A DNA stretch of 46,394 nt from Berkelbacteria bacterium GW2011_GWA2_35_9 (GTDB lineage Bacteria; Patescibacteriota; UBA1384; GWA2-35-9), in assembly GCA_000991185.1 (NCBI GenBank), contig LBRB01000002.1, positions 1 to 46,394 on the forward strand, in the 5' to 3' direction. The first letter of the stretch is position 1, and each line of letters begins with the position of its first letter. The translations under genes were made by a program, and so were the position numbers. Positions 28,757 through 37,726 of the stretch are shown here, piece after piece. The notes under the pieces are model-generated. The model was not told the DNA's origin and ran no database searches. It saw only the letters and a list, made by a program, of their open reading frames with translations.

Positions 28757-29865
28757 TGCTTATTGGAATTGATGCATCTAGAGCAGTCAAAAAAGAAAAA
28801 ACTGGTACTGAATATTACAGCCAGGAAATTATTCGTCGTATTATTAATTTATCCACAGAAGATAAATTTATTTTGTATGCTCCATATTTACCAGGTGACA
28901 ATAACTCACTAAATAATCTTCCGAAAAATGCCAAATGGAAAATTATGCCTTTTCCACGACTTTGGAGCCAAATTCGACTTTCGTGGGAATTGATGTTTTC
29001 CAAAGAAAAGCCATATGTTATGTTCGAACCAGCTCACACAATTCCATTTTTTGCACGGGGTAGAATGGTAGTCACAATTCATGATTTAGGTTTTATGAGC
29101 CGACCAGATTTATACCCTTTTTGGGAAAGATTATATCTCAAATTGAGTATGTACTATTCAGCTAAACGAGCTAATAAAATAATTGCCATTTCGGAATATA
29201 CAAAAAATGATCTAATTAAATTTTTTCGAATCAAACCTGAAAATATTGAAGTTATAGACCTCGGCATTAATACAAAAAAATTCAATTTGGAAAAACCTGA
29301 AACAAAATTGCCTGAAAATATTCGCTATCCATATATTTTTTATATTGGTCGCCTTGAAATTAAAAAAAATATTATTAATTTACTGAAATCATTTGAGATT
29401 GCACTAAAAAGTAATCCGAATTTATCGCTTGTACTATCTGGAAAATGGGGATACGGAAAAGAAAAAATTGAAAATATTATTCAAAGTTTTCCACCCTCTA
29501 TTAAGGAAAAAATTATTATTACTGGTTATATTAATGATGAAAAATATCTAACTATTTTGAAAAATTCGGCTGTTTTATGTTTAGTATCCAGCTATGAAGG
29601 ATTCGGAATGCCTATTTTGGAAGCTATGGCTTCAGGAGTTCCAGTTATTTGCTCAAATACTTCTGCCCTACCTGAGATTGCTGGTAATTCAGCACTTTTA
29701 GTTGATCCTAACAAGCCGGAGGAAATTGCTCAAGCTTTTATAAAAGTAACCCTAAATCCTGAATTCAAACATAATTTAATTAGTAAGGGTATTGAAAATT
29801 GCCAACGATTTGATTGGCAAGTATCAGCCCAAAAAACATTAGAAACAATTAGGAATGTCTATTAA
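28756..29865 (+). CDS. Glycosyltransferase family 4
   Basis: IGIDA, TIHDL, AISEYTK, GRLEIKKN, YEGFGMPILEAMASG. Confidence 0.92.
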   Translation: MLIGIDASRAVKKEKTGTEYYSQEIIRRIINLSTEDKFILYAPYLPGDNNSLNNLPKNAKWKIMPFPRLWSQIRLSWELMFSKEKPYVMFEPAHTIPFFARGRMVVTIHDLGFMSRPDLYPFWERLYLKLSMYYSAKRANKIIAISEYTKNDLIKFFRIKPENIEVIDLGINTKKFNLEKPETKLPENIRYPYIFYIGRLEIKKNIINLLKSFEIALKSNPNLSLVLSGKWGYGKEKIENIIQSFPPSIKEKIIITGYINDEKYLTILKNSAVLCLVSSYEGFGMPILEAMASGVPVICSNTSALPEIAGNSALLVDPNKPEEIAQAFIKVTLNPEFKHNLISKGIENCQRFDWQVSAQKTLETIRNVY

Positions 29866-30607
29866 ATATCGCCATAAAACAATCTTGGGTGTTAGGGTTG
29901 ATGATGTTGAGTTAAATCAAACCATTGATTTCGTTAATATAGTCTTGAATGATGATCATTGTCATCAGATCGCTACTATTAATCCTGAATTTATTGTTGA
30001 AGCTCAGAAAAATGAACAATTTCGTCAAGCGTTAAATAATTCTGATTTGAATATTAACGATTCAATTGGGATTAAAATATTTGGTAGAATAAAAAATCGT
30101 ATTCCCGGTGCTGATTTTATTTATCATTTATTTGAATTATCTTTTCAGAAAAAATTGTCATTCTATTTTTTAGGAGGTATTGATGACACTGCAATTAAAG
30201 CAACTAAAATAATTAAGGATAAATATTCAAATCTTGAGATCGTGGGAGCGGAAAATGGAGGTGTTGTTGATATTGATAATCTTATAAGCACAAAAGATAT
30301 TATTGCCAGAATCAATAAAGTTGAACCGGACATTTTATTGGTTGCATTTGGTCATCCAAAACAAGATATTTTTATTGATTTTTGGAAAGAAAATCTGAAA
30401 GCAAAAATAGCGATAGGAATCGGTGGTAGTTTAGATTATATTGTCAAAAGCCAAATCAGAGCTCCAAAATTATTTCGGGAATTGGGGTTAGAGTGGTTGT
30501 GGCGATTAACGCTTGAACCAAAAAAAAGATGGCGGAGAATTGTCAACGCCGTTTGGATTTTCCCAAAAACTTATGTTCAAGCCGCCCTTAAAAATAGATT
30601 TAAATAA
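29855..30607 (+). CDS. WecB/TagA/CpsF (GT26) glycosyltransferase
   Basis: ATINPE, RIPGAD, YFLGG, VAFGHPKQ, GIGGSLD, RAP..GLEWLWRL..EP. Confidence 0.92.
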   Translation: MSIKYRHKTILGVRVDDVELNQTIDFVNIVLNDDHCHQIATINPEFIVEAQKNEQFRQALNNSDLNINDSIGIKIFGRIKNRIPGADFIYHLFELSFQKKLSFYFLGGIDDTAIKATKIIKDKYSNLEIVGAENGGVVDIDNLISTKDIIARINKVEPDILLVAFGHPKQDIFIDFWKENLKAKIAIGIGGSLDYIVKSQIRAPKLFRELGLEWLWRLTLEPKKRWRRIVNAVWIFPKTYVQAALKNRFK

Positions 30608-30612
30608 GACAT

Positions 30613-30648
30613 AAAAAACCCGGTACCTGTCTTGCGACTGATACCGGG
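30613..30648 (-). terminator. Intrinsic terminator of the 305-aa gene
   Basis: Minus strand CCCGGTA..GTC-GCAA-GAC..TACCGGG-TTTTTT. Confidence 0.75.
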
Positions 30649-30682
30649 AATCACGATTCTAATTATTATTACTTCTCAATGA

Positions 30683-31600
30683 TTATTGGACAGACAATCC
30701 CCTAACTTCTCTTTTAAATTTTGTATCTTTATTACCAATGATATCTATTAATTCTTGATATATTAATTTTTCACTTTCCTTAACATGTTTTGGAAATTTA
30801 TCATTCCTTGAAATTTGGTCATAATAGACTCGAGCCATTCCTTGACTCGTTGCTACCATTCCAAATCGATTTGCAAAATTAAACCAAATCCCAACTGCAA
30901 TTTTAATATCACCATCACCTAGTTTTTCCTCTGCTCTTTTAATTCTTTCAATCAACTCATTTGTTGTCGAAAATTCTAATAAATTATTTTTTTGCATCAA
31001 ATCATAATCATGCCTTGGCAACTTTCGACTTTTATCATTATAAAAGTCCCCAACTAAATGGCACAAACTTTCCCATTTAATAAGATCGGGACACAAAAAT
31101 ATACCTTCTTCTTCATGATTATAAACTTGATATTCGTGTACCTTTTGAAAAGTTAAATATAGAATACCATTATCAGAAATGATAGCAATTTCAAAAATTG
31201 TAACTTTTCCCCTTGAATCCAAATCAATAATTTTGAAATGATTTTCAGGATAAGTTGTGTATGGTATATATATTTGGTTGTGAATCTTAACTCGTACTCT
31301 TTTTTGATATACACCAAAAATCTTTCCCTTAGAACTCACTACTTGCCGAGTAGATCCTCGGAGAGAAGACTTTTGGGTAATATTTTTCTGTTTATCTATT
31401 TCAACAGCAATCAAACTACCTTTTAGAGTATGTATTTCAATAAGAAATGTAGCGTCATGATCAACATTTTCAAAAATTAACCCTGTTTCATAGTCATATT
31501 CAATATCTTTCAAAAGCAAATTATTTTTTCCCTCTTTAGATAGTTCTTTCTTTAAATATATTTCAAAACCAAAATACTTTTGTTTTTGAATCAACTGCAT
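30683..31600 (-). CDS. Hypothetical protein with C-terminal cold-shock-domain-like OB fold
   Basis: ATG 31600 follows GAAAGGAAG; C-terminal GIWFNFANRFGMV..ARVYYDQI..VKESEKL resembles CSD RNP1/RNP2. Confidence 0.6.
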   Translation of the reverse strand: MQLIQKQKYFGFEIYLKKELSKEGKNNLLLKDIEYDYETGLIFENVDHDATFLIEIHTLKGSLIAVEIDKQKNITQKSSLRGSTRQVVSSKGKIFGVYQKRVRVKIHNQIYIPYTTYPENHFKIIDLDSRGKVTIFEIAIISDNGILYLTFQKVHEYQVYNHEEEGIFLCPDLIKWESLCHLVGDFYNDKSRKLPRHDYDLMQKNNLLEFSTTNELIERIKRAEEKLGDGDIKIAVGIWFNFANRFGMVATSQGMARVYYDQISRNDKFPKHVKESEKLIYQELIDIIGNKDTKFKREVRGLSVQ

Positions 31601-31632
31601 CTCCCACTTCCTTTCAAGATTCGAATATGGGT

Positions 31633-31661
31633 AGTATACCCCCAAAACAACCATTTGTCAA
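31633..31661 (-). promoter_or_regulatory. sigma70 promoter of the 305-aa gene
   Basis: TTGACA-17bp-TATACT; the -35 coincides with the left end of the putative mini-element. Confidence 0.75.
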
Positions 31662-31905
31662 GAACAAAGTAATGCATTAAATTCCTGAACTTACCTAATC
31701 GCTAAACTTATCAATCAAACAATGACACATATGTGACGATCGGTATATTTGTGTCATTTATTAATGGATAACGTAGTACAAATATTTATTGTTATTATAG
31801 TTTGATTAGTTTAAATACAAGTCTAAATATCTTAATGTACGAGTATAAATGTGTTTTGACATTTCTATATTGTCTTTAAGGTGACATTTCTATATTGCGC
31901 TAACA
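31656..31905. mobile_element. Putative 250-bp non-autonomous TGT...ACA element (IS1202/ISNCY-like end)
   Basis: CCATT direct repeats at 31651-31655 and 31906-31910; TGACATTTCTATATTG at 31857-31872 and 31882-31897; no ORF. Confidence 0.55.
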
Positions 31906-31961
31906 CCATTTATATTTTTACTTTAAATAATTACAATTATATGATAAAAATAAATAGTTAG

Positions 31962-32027
31962 GGGCTTATAGCTTCCCGACGCTTCAGTCGGGATTCCGAC
32001 ATCGTAGATCGTCGGAACAATTGTAGA
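31962..32027 (+). pseudogene. tRNA-like 5' fragment interrupted by a 44-bp double-hairpin element (31974-32017)
   Basis: GGGCTTATAGCT, then TCCCGAC-N6-GTCGGGA-TTCCGAC-N10-GTCGGAA, then CAATTGTAGA (D-loop-like). Confidence 0.65.
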
Positions 32028-32051
32028 AGTATATCGTGAAAAAGTAAAATA

Positions 32052-32127
32052 GGGCTGTTAGCTCAGTTGGTAGAGCGCCACATTCGCATTGTGGAGGTCG
32101 CCGGTTCGAATCCGGCACAGTCCACCA
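32052..32127 (+). tRNA. tRNA-Ala(CGC)
   Basis: G3:U70 pair, arm CCACA-TTCGCAT-TGTGG, TTCGAAT, CCA. Confidence 0.95.
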
Positions 32128-32137
32128 GGCATTTATA

Positions 32138-32207
32138 TTGACAAATTAATGTTTTTGAGATAATATAAATAGTGTACAAGCAACTCTAGATTATGAGTTG
32201 TTTTTTT
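32138..32207 (+). promoter_or_regulatory. nusA promoter plus leader terminator
   Basis: TTGACA-17bp-TAATAT, then GCAACTC-N8-GAGTTGT-T6. Confidence 0.65.
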
Positions 32208-32248
32208 GATAACATAAAGCTAAAGAATTAATCCAAAGAAAGGACACT

Positions 32249-33424
32249 ATGGCAATATCACAATTCATGGCAGCAATCAATCAGATCGTAGATGAAAAAG
32301 GTATTGATAAAAAAGTTGTAATTGAAGCGCTTGAATCAGCGATTGGCGCTGCTTACCGAAAAGATTATGGCAAACCTCGACAAATGATAAAAGCGATTAT
32401 CAATCAGGATAGTGGTGAATTTGAAATTGTCAGAATTTTTGAAGTGATTGAAGACGATATTGAAGTAGAAAATGAGGAAGCACAAATTTTTCTTAAAGAT
32501 GCTAAAAAGAAAAAGAAAAGTATTAAAGTTGGTGATGAAATCACCGAAAAACTTCCTTACCACGATGAATTCGGAAGAATCGCCGCCCAAACCGCTAAAC
32601 AGGTAATTATTCAAAGACTTAGAGAAGCTGAAAGAGATATTGTTCTTGAAGAGTTTAAACAAAAAGAAGGCGAATTGGTATCAGCCACAATTCAACAAAT
32701 TGAAGGAAAAAATATTATCATTAATCTTGGGAAAACTAATGGTTTAATGCCCGGTTCTGAACAAATACCCGGAGAATATTATCGCATCGGTCAAAGAATG
32801 AGAGTTTTGGTAAAAAATGTTGAAGACACTGTTCGTGGTCCGAAAATTATTTTATCTCGTAGCGATGAAAAATTTGTGATTGAACTATTTAAACTTGAAG
32901 TCCCAGAAGTTCAATCGGAAGCAATTGAGATTAAAGCTATTGCCCGTGAAGCAGGATCAAGAACTAAAATTGCTGTTGCCACCAATGAAGCATCTCTTGA
33001 TCCAGTTGGCTCGTGTGTTGGACAAAAAGGCGCTCGCATCCAAGCTATTTTAGCTGAAATTGGACAAGAAAAAATTGATATAATTTTATGGGATGATGAT
33101 CCAAAAAATTTGATTGTCAACTCCATGTCACCAGCCGAGATTGAAAAAGTAAAATTATCTAAAAAAGAAAAACGAGCAACCGTGATCGTACCAGAAGATC
33201 AATTATCGTTAGCGATTGGGAAAAATGGTCAAAATGTAAGATTAGCCAGTCGTATTTCTGGTTTTGAAATTGATATACCAAAAGGTGATAAATTATTTAA
33301 AAAGTCAGATGCTCCAAAAGACCAGAAGTTTGAAACTGATAATAACAAAACGGATGCTTCAAGCGATGATTTAAATAAGAATGAAGAACTAATTGAAGAA
33401 AAAACCGATACAAAAAATAAATAA
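32249..33424 (+). CDS. nusA: Transcription termination factor NusA
   Basis: FGRIAAQTAKQVI, S1 domain, AREAGSRTKIAV, DPVGSCVG, LSLAIGKNGQNVRLA. Confidence 0.97.
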   Translation: MAISQFMAAINQIVDEKGIDKKVVIEALESAIGAAYRKDYGKPRQMIKAIINQDSGEFEIVRIFEVIEDDIEVENEEAQIFLKDAKKKKKSIKVGDEITEKLPYHDEFGRIAAQTAKQVIIQRLREAERDIVLEEFKQKEGELVSATIQQIEGKNIIINLGKTNGLMPGSEQIPGEYYRIGQRMRVLVKNVEDTVRGPKIILSRSDEKFVIELFKLEVPEVQSEAIEIKAIAREAGSRTKIAVATNEASLDPVGSCVGQKGARIQAILAEIGQEKIDIILWDDDPKNLIVNSMSPAEIEKVKLSKKEKRATVIVPEDQLSLAIGKNGQNVRLASRISGFEIDIPKGDKLFKKSDAPKDQKFETDNNKTDASSDDLNKNEELIEEKTDTKNK

Positions 33425-33444
33425 TTACTCTAGAAAGGAGATTT

Positions 33445-35913
33445 ATGGACCCGAAAATTTTGAAAAAATTTTCGGAAACTTCAAAAAGAATTATTACATT
33501 TGCTCAGAAAATTGCCAACGATTATAAAAAAGCGATTGGTAGTGAGCATCTGCTTTTGGCAATTCTAACTACTCCCAATACTATCGCTAGTGAAATTTTA
33601 AAAGATTATGCAATCGGTTTTGAACAAATAAAATTGATTATTTCTAATCAGTCAGAAGTTGGTATTGCTTCAGCCGGAATTTCTGACGAATCAAAAAAAG
33701 TTCTTGAATTATCGGTCGAAAAAGCGATTGAAACAAAACAAAACCAGGTTTCTCCTGAACACATTTTATACGCATTAGTCACTATTAAAGATTCAAATGC
33801 ATATAAAATATTATCTCAACTCAATGTTGATCCCGAAAAAATCAAAGAAATCATCAATGAAATACTGTTTGACTTGGGACAAGTAAAAATGACTGCTCAA
33901 AAATTTATTCAGGATAATTTTTTCCCCGCCTTTGACATTGCTCCATTCAACCAAGGTCATAAAAATTCTGATCGTTTTCAAAAAAACAATAAATCTTACC
34001 TTGAAAAGTTTGGAGTTAATTTAACAGAACAAGCAAAAAATAATTTACTCGACCCAGTTTTTGAAAGGGACGAAGAATTATTTAGAGTTTTACAAATATT
34101 AAATCGTCGGACTAAAAATAATCCAATTTTAGTTGGACAAGCAGGGGTTGGTAAAACTGCGATTGTCGAAGGATTGGCTCAATTAATCATCGAAAAAAAA
34201 GTTCCTCAAACAATTCTTAATAAACAAATATGGCAAATAGATTTAGCGCTTTTGGTTGCGGGAACGACTTTTCGAGGTCAATTTGAGGAGAGGATCAAAG
34301 GTCTTTTAAAAGATATTGAAAAAAATCCCAATTTAATTTTATTTATTGACGAAATTCACACTTTGGTCGGGACTGGAAATTCCGAAGGTAGCATGGATGC
34401 CTCGAATATTTTAAAACCAGCTTTAGCCAAAGGAAAAATTCGTTTAATTGGAGCTACAACTGATGATGAATATCGTCAATATATTGAAAAAGATCCAGCT
34501 CTAACCCGACGAATGCAAAAAGTATATATTTCCGAACCGAGCCTTGAAACAACTGAAAAAATTCTACAAAAAATAAAAATAAAGTACGAAGCTCATCATC
34601 AAATAAAAATCCCGGATCAATTAATTCCGCACATAGTTATGTTGGCTGATCGATATATTCATGACCGTAATTTTCCCGACAAAGCAATTGATATTATTGA
34701 TGAAGCGGCAGCCAGTGTTCAACTTCAAAATATTGACCAGCTTCCAATATCAGTGATCGATCAACTTCAAAATAAATTAGACAATATTCTAAAATTGAAA
34801 GACCAGGCGATTCAAAACCAAAATTTTGACAAAGCCGCTAAAATACGAGAAAAAGAGGTTGAAATTTTAAAACAAATTTCTATAGAAAATAATCAACCAA
34901 AAAAAGTTAAGTTTTCCAAAGCAATAACAATAGAAGATATTTATTCAGTTATTAGTTTGTGGACTACAATTCCAAAAGAAAATATTTCACATAATATATC
35001 AAAAAATTTATCCCGTCTTGCATTAACAATTAGCCATTCAGTTATAGGTCAAAAACATGCCATTGACTCGATTTTTTCAGTTCTAAAAAGATCTTTTTCT
35101 CATTTATCTAATATTGATAAACCGCTTGGATCGTTTATTTTTACTGGTCCCTCCGGAGTTGGAAAAACATTTTTAGCATCACAAATCGCTCACAATTTAT
35201 TTGGTTCGGAAGATAATTTAATCCGATTTGATATGTCTGAATTTTCAGAAAAACACACCGTTTCTAGATTGATTGGCGCTCCTCCAGGGTATGTTGGCTA
35301 TGAAAATGCGGGAGAGTTAACCGAAAAACTTAGAAAAAAACCTTATAGTTTAATACTTTTTGACGAGATTGAAAAAGCTCATCCGGAAGTAATAAATTTA
35401 CTTATGCAGATTCTTGATAACGGTTACTTAACAGATTCGATGGGTAAAAAAATTAATTTTAATCAATCAATCATAATTGCTACTTCTAATCTTAGTGTTA
35501 ATGGAAATTTATCGACGAATATAGGTTTTAATAGTCATAACAATAGCACCATTATCGAAAGTAATATTATTGAAAAATTAAAAAATCATTTATCTAATGA
35601 ATTAGTCAACCGTTTTAATCAGGTGGTTATTTTCAATGAATTAACTGAAAATGACTTAATCACTATCATAAAACTTTGGATTAATGAATTCAATAATAAT
35701 AAAGCCTTTGGCTATTCGATTGAAATAAATAAAAACAATTTAAAATATATTATTAGTAAATATTATATTAATAAAGAAGGTGTAAGGTCTTTACATAAAT
35801 TTTTTAATCATGTACTGGAAAGTAAAATTCTCGATTTAGATTATGGTAAAATCAAATCAAAAAAAATAAAACTCAAAATTAACAATTTTGAAATATCAAT
35901 TACTAAAAAATGA
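33445..35913 (+). CDS. clpC: ATP-dependent Clp protease ATP-binding subunit (ClpC-type)
   Basis: Clp N-domain repeats, GQAGVGKT, FIDEIH, UVR-like M domain, GPSGVGKT, LIGAPPGYVGY, LFDEIEKAH. Confidence 0.9.
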   Translation: MDPKILKKFSETSKRIITFAQKIANDYKKAIGSEHLLLAILTTPNTIASEILKDYAIGFEQIKLIISNQSEVGIASAGISDESKKVLELSVEKAIETKQNQVSPEHILYALVTIKDSNAYKILSQLNVDPEKIKEIINEILFDLGQVKMTAQKFIQDNFFPAFDIAPFNQGHKNSDRFQKNNKSYLEKFGVNLTEQAKNNLLDPVFERDEELFRVLQILNRRTKNNPILVGQAGVGKTAIVEGLAQLIIEKKVPQTILNKQIWQIDLALLVAGTTFRGQFEERIKGLLKDIEKNPNLILFIDEIHTLVGTGNSEGSMDASNILKPALAKGKIRLIGATTDDEYRQYIEKDPALTRRMQKVYISEPSLETTEKILQKIKIKYEAHHQIKIPDQLIPHIVMLADRYIHDRNFPDKAIDIIDEAAASVQLQNIDQLPISVIDQLQNKLDNILKLKDQAIQNQNFDKAAKIREKEVEILKQISIENNQPKKVKFSKAITIEDIYSVISLWTTIPKENISHNISKNLSRLALTISHSVIGQKHAIDSIFSVLKRSFSHLSNIDKPLGSFIFTGPSGVGKTFLASQIAHNLFGSEDNLIRFDMSEFSEKHTVSRLIGAPPGYVGYENAGELTEKLRKKPYSLILFDEIEKAHPEVINLLMQILDNGYLTDSMGKKINFNQSIIIATSNLSVNGNLSTNIGFNSHNNSTIIESNIIEKLKNHLSNELVNRFNQVVIFNELTENDLITIIKLWINEFNNNKAFGYSIEINKNNLKYIISKYYINKEGVRSLHKFFNHVLESKILDLDYGKIKSKKIKLKINNFEISITKK

Positions 35914-37403
35914 GCATCGAACAAGAAGCACAGAATCTAATCGAATTGTGTAACCACTTAAACGAAAAAGAGCTTTTGAAGTTAAATAAAACAATTAAGT
36001 ATGCTATTCAAGCTCATCAAGGACAAAAAAGATTTTCGGGCGATCCATATATTATTCACCCTTTAAAAATTGCTCAGTATTTAGCTAGTAAAAAATTTGA
36101 TCTAATCACTGTTCAAGCTGCACTTTTACATGACACTTATGAAGATTGTGGAATTTCTTTAAATGAAATCAATAAACTGTTTGGAAAAAGCGTCGCTCAA
36201 ATTGTCAGCGGTGTTTCTAAATTAGGCGAAATTCGTTTTAGAAAAAATTGGTTTTCGAACGAAGAAATTGTGATTAAGTTAACAAATTTTGAGAGACAAT
36301 CTGAAACGATAAAAAAAATGATCTTAGCAATGAGTAAAGATATTCGTGTAATTATTATCAAGCTGATTGATAGAGCTCATAACATGGAAACACTTCAGTT
36401 TGTTCCTAAAGAAAAACAATATCGAATCGCCAAAGAAACAATGGATGTTTTTGCACCAATTGCAGATCGATTGGGTATGGGTGAACTGAAAAGTAAACTA
36501 CAAAATTTAGCTTTTCCTTATTTGTATAAAGACGAATATACCTCGTTTATTAAACTTTATGAAAAAGCCACTAAAAATAGAGAAAACTATTGTTTAAGAA
36601 TTCATAAATCACTTTTGAAATTGATAATAAAAAATAGCCTCAACGCTAAAATAGAAGCAAGAATTAAATCTGCATACTCAACCTATACAAAACTAAATCG
36701 CCACGATGGAAATTTTGAAAAGGTGTCCGATTTAGTTGCGCTTCGAATCATTGTTGAAAATGAAGATGTCTGTTATCAAGTGATGGGATTAGTCCATAAG
36801 CTATATCGACCAATTCCCAATAAAATTAAAGATTATATTAGTCAACCAAAACCGAACGGTTATCAATCGCTCCACACAACCGTTTTTGGTCCAAACTCTC
36901 AAATTCTTGAAATACAGATTAGAACTAAAGAAATGGATCGCCAAGCGAAATTTGGGATTGCATCTCATTGGCACTATAAAGAATTTTCAAAACAAGGATT
37001 TAGTAATCGTAGAATTACGAAAACAATTCCTTGGATTAAAGAAATGGCAAAATGGAGCAGAATGATTGAGGATATTGATGAATTCTCACTATCAATGAAA
37101 ACCGATTTTTTTTCCGATCGGATATTTGTTTTTACTCCTAAGGGAGATGTCAAGGATTTACCAATAGATTCTTCGCCAATTGATTTTGCATTTTCGGTCC
37201 ACAGCGAAGTTGGTTACTCAATGATCGGCGCAAAAGTGAATGGAAAAATTGCTCAAATTTCTTCTACTCTCAACAATTCCGATATTGTCGAAATCCTAAC
37301 CACTAAAAAACCACTTGGTCCCAAAAGAGATTGGTTAAATTTTGTTAAAACTTATAATGCTCGTTACCACATTAAAAAGTACTTAAAAAAATATCAGGCA
37401 TGA
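35910..37403 (+). CDS. rel: RelA/SpoT family (p)ppGpp synthetase/hydrolase, HD-SYN-TGS only
   Basis: RFSGDPYIIH, LLHDTYED, RIKS, YQSLHT, EIQIRT, FVFTPKG, DFAFSVHS. Confidence 0.92.
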   Translation: MSIEQEAQNLIELCNHLNEKELLKLNKTIKYAIQAHQGQKRFSGDPYIIHPLKIAQYLASKKFDLITVQAALLHDTYEDCGISLNEINKLFGKSVAQIVSGVSKLGEIRFRKNWFSNEEIVIKLTNFERQSETIKKMILAMSKDIRVIIIKLIDRAHNMETLQFVPKEKQYRIAKETMDVFAPIADRLGMGELKSKLQNLAFPYLYKDEYTSFIKLYEKATKNRENYCLRIHKSLLKLIIKNSLNAKIEARIKSAYSTYTKLNRHDGNFEKVSDLVALRIIVENEDVCYQVMGLVHKLYRPIPNKIKDYISQPKPNGYQSLHTTVFGPNSQILEIQIRTKEMDRQAKFGIASHWHYKEFSKQGFSNRRITKTIPWIKEMAKWSRMIEDIDEFSLSMKTDFFSDRIFVFTPKGDVKDLPIDSSPIDFAFSVHSEVGYSMIGAKVNGKIAQISSTLNNSDIVEILTTKKPLGPKRDWLNFVKTYNARYHIKKYLKKYQA

Positions 37404-37726
37404 TGGTTGCCAATAATATGTTGCCAACCATGGAAAATCAATAATTCAACTTCTTTTTCTAAATTATTATTAAACAGATGACTATTTGTTTTTGCTACCT
37501 CGGGGCAAATAATGATTTGATGCAATGAACCTTTTTTTTCATCAGTAAATGTGAGAATATCAGTTTCTTGATCTAAATTTCGATATTCATGATTGAGTTT
37601 TTTTATCTCATTTCTATCAATAAAAACGACCTCTACTTGATAATTTTTATTAATAATTTGTTCTGAGAACTGGAACAATTTTTTTTCATTAAGTTTAACA
37701 CTGCTAAGGTTTTTTATTTCAATCAC
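37394..37726 (-). CDS. ybeY: rRNA maturation RNase YbeY (short)
   Basis: LNHEYRNLDQETDILTF, IIICPEVA, HGWQHIIGNHH. Confidence 0.85.
   Translation of the reverse strand: MIEIKNLSSVKLNEKKLFQFSEQIINKNYQVEVVFIDRNEIKKLNHEYRNLDQETDILTFTDEKKGSLHQIIICPEVAKTNSHLFNNNLEKEVELLIFHGWQHIIGNHHA

Noticed and set aside
28849..28857. DnaA boxes here and at 38852-38860 suggesting oriC
   Set aside because: Isolated and inside coding regions; no cluster and no dnaA.
31857..31897. Possible mini-CRISPR array
   Set aside because: Only two 16-bp repeats with a 9-bp spacer and no cas genes; fits a transposon end better.
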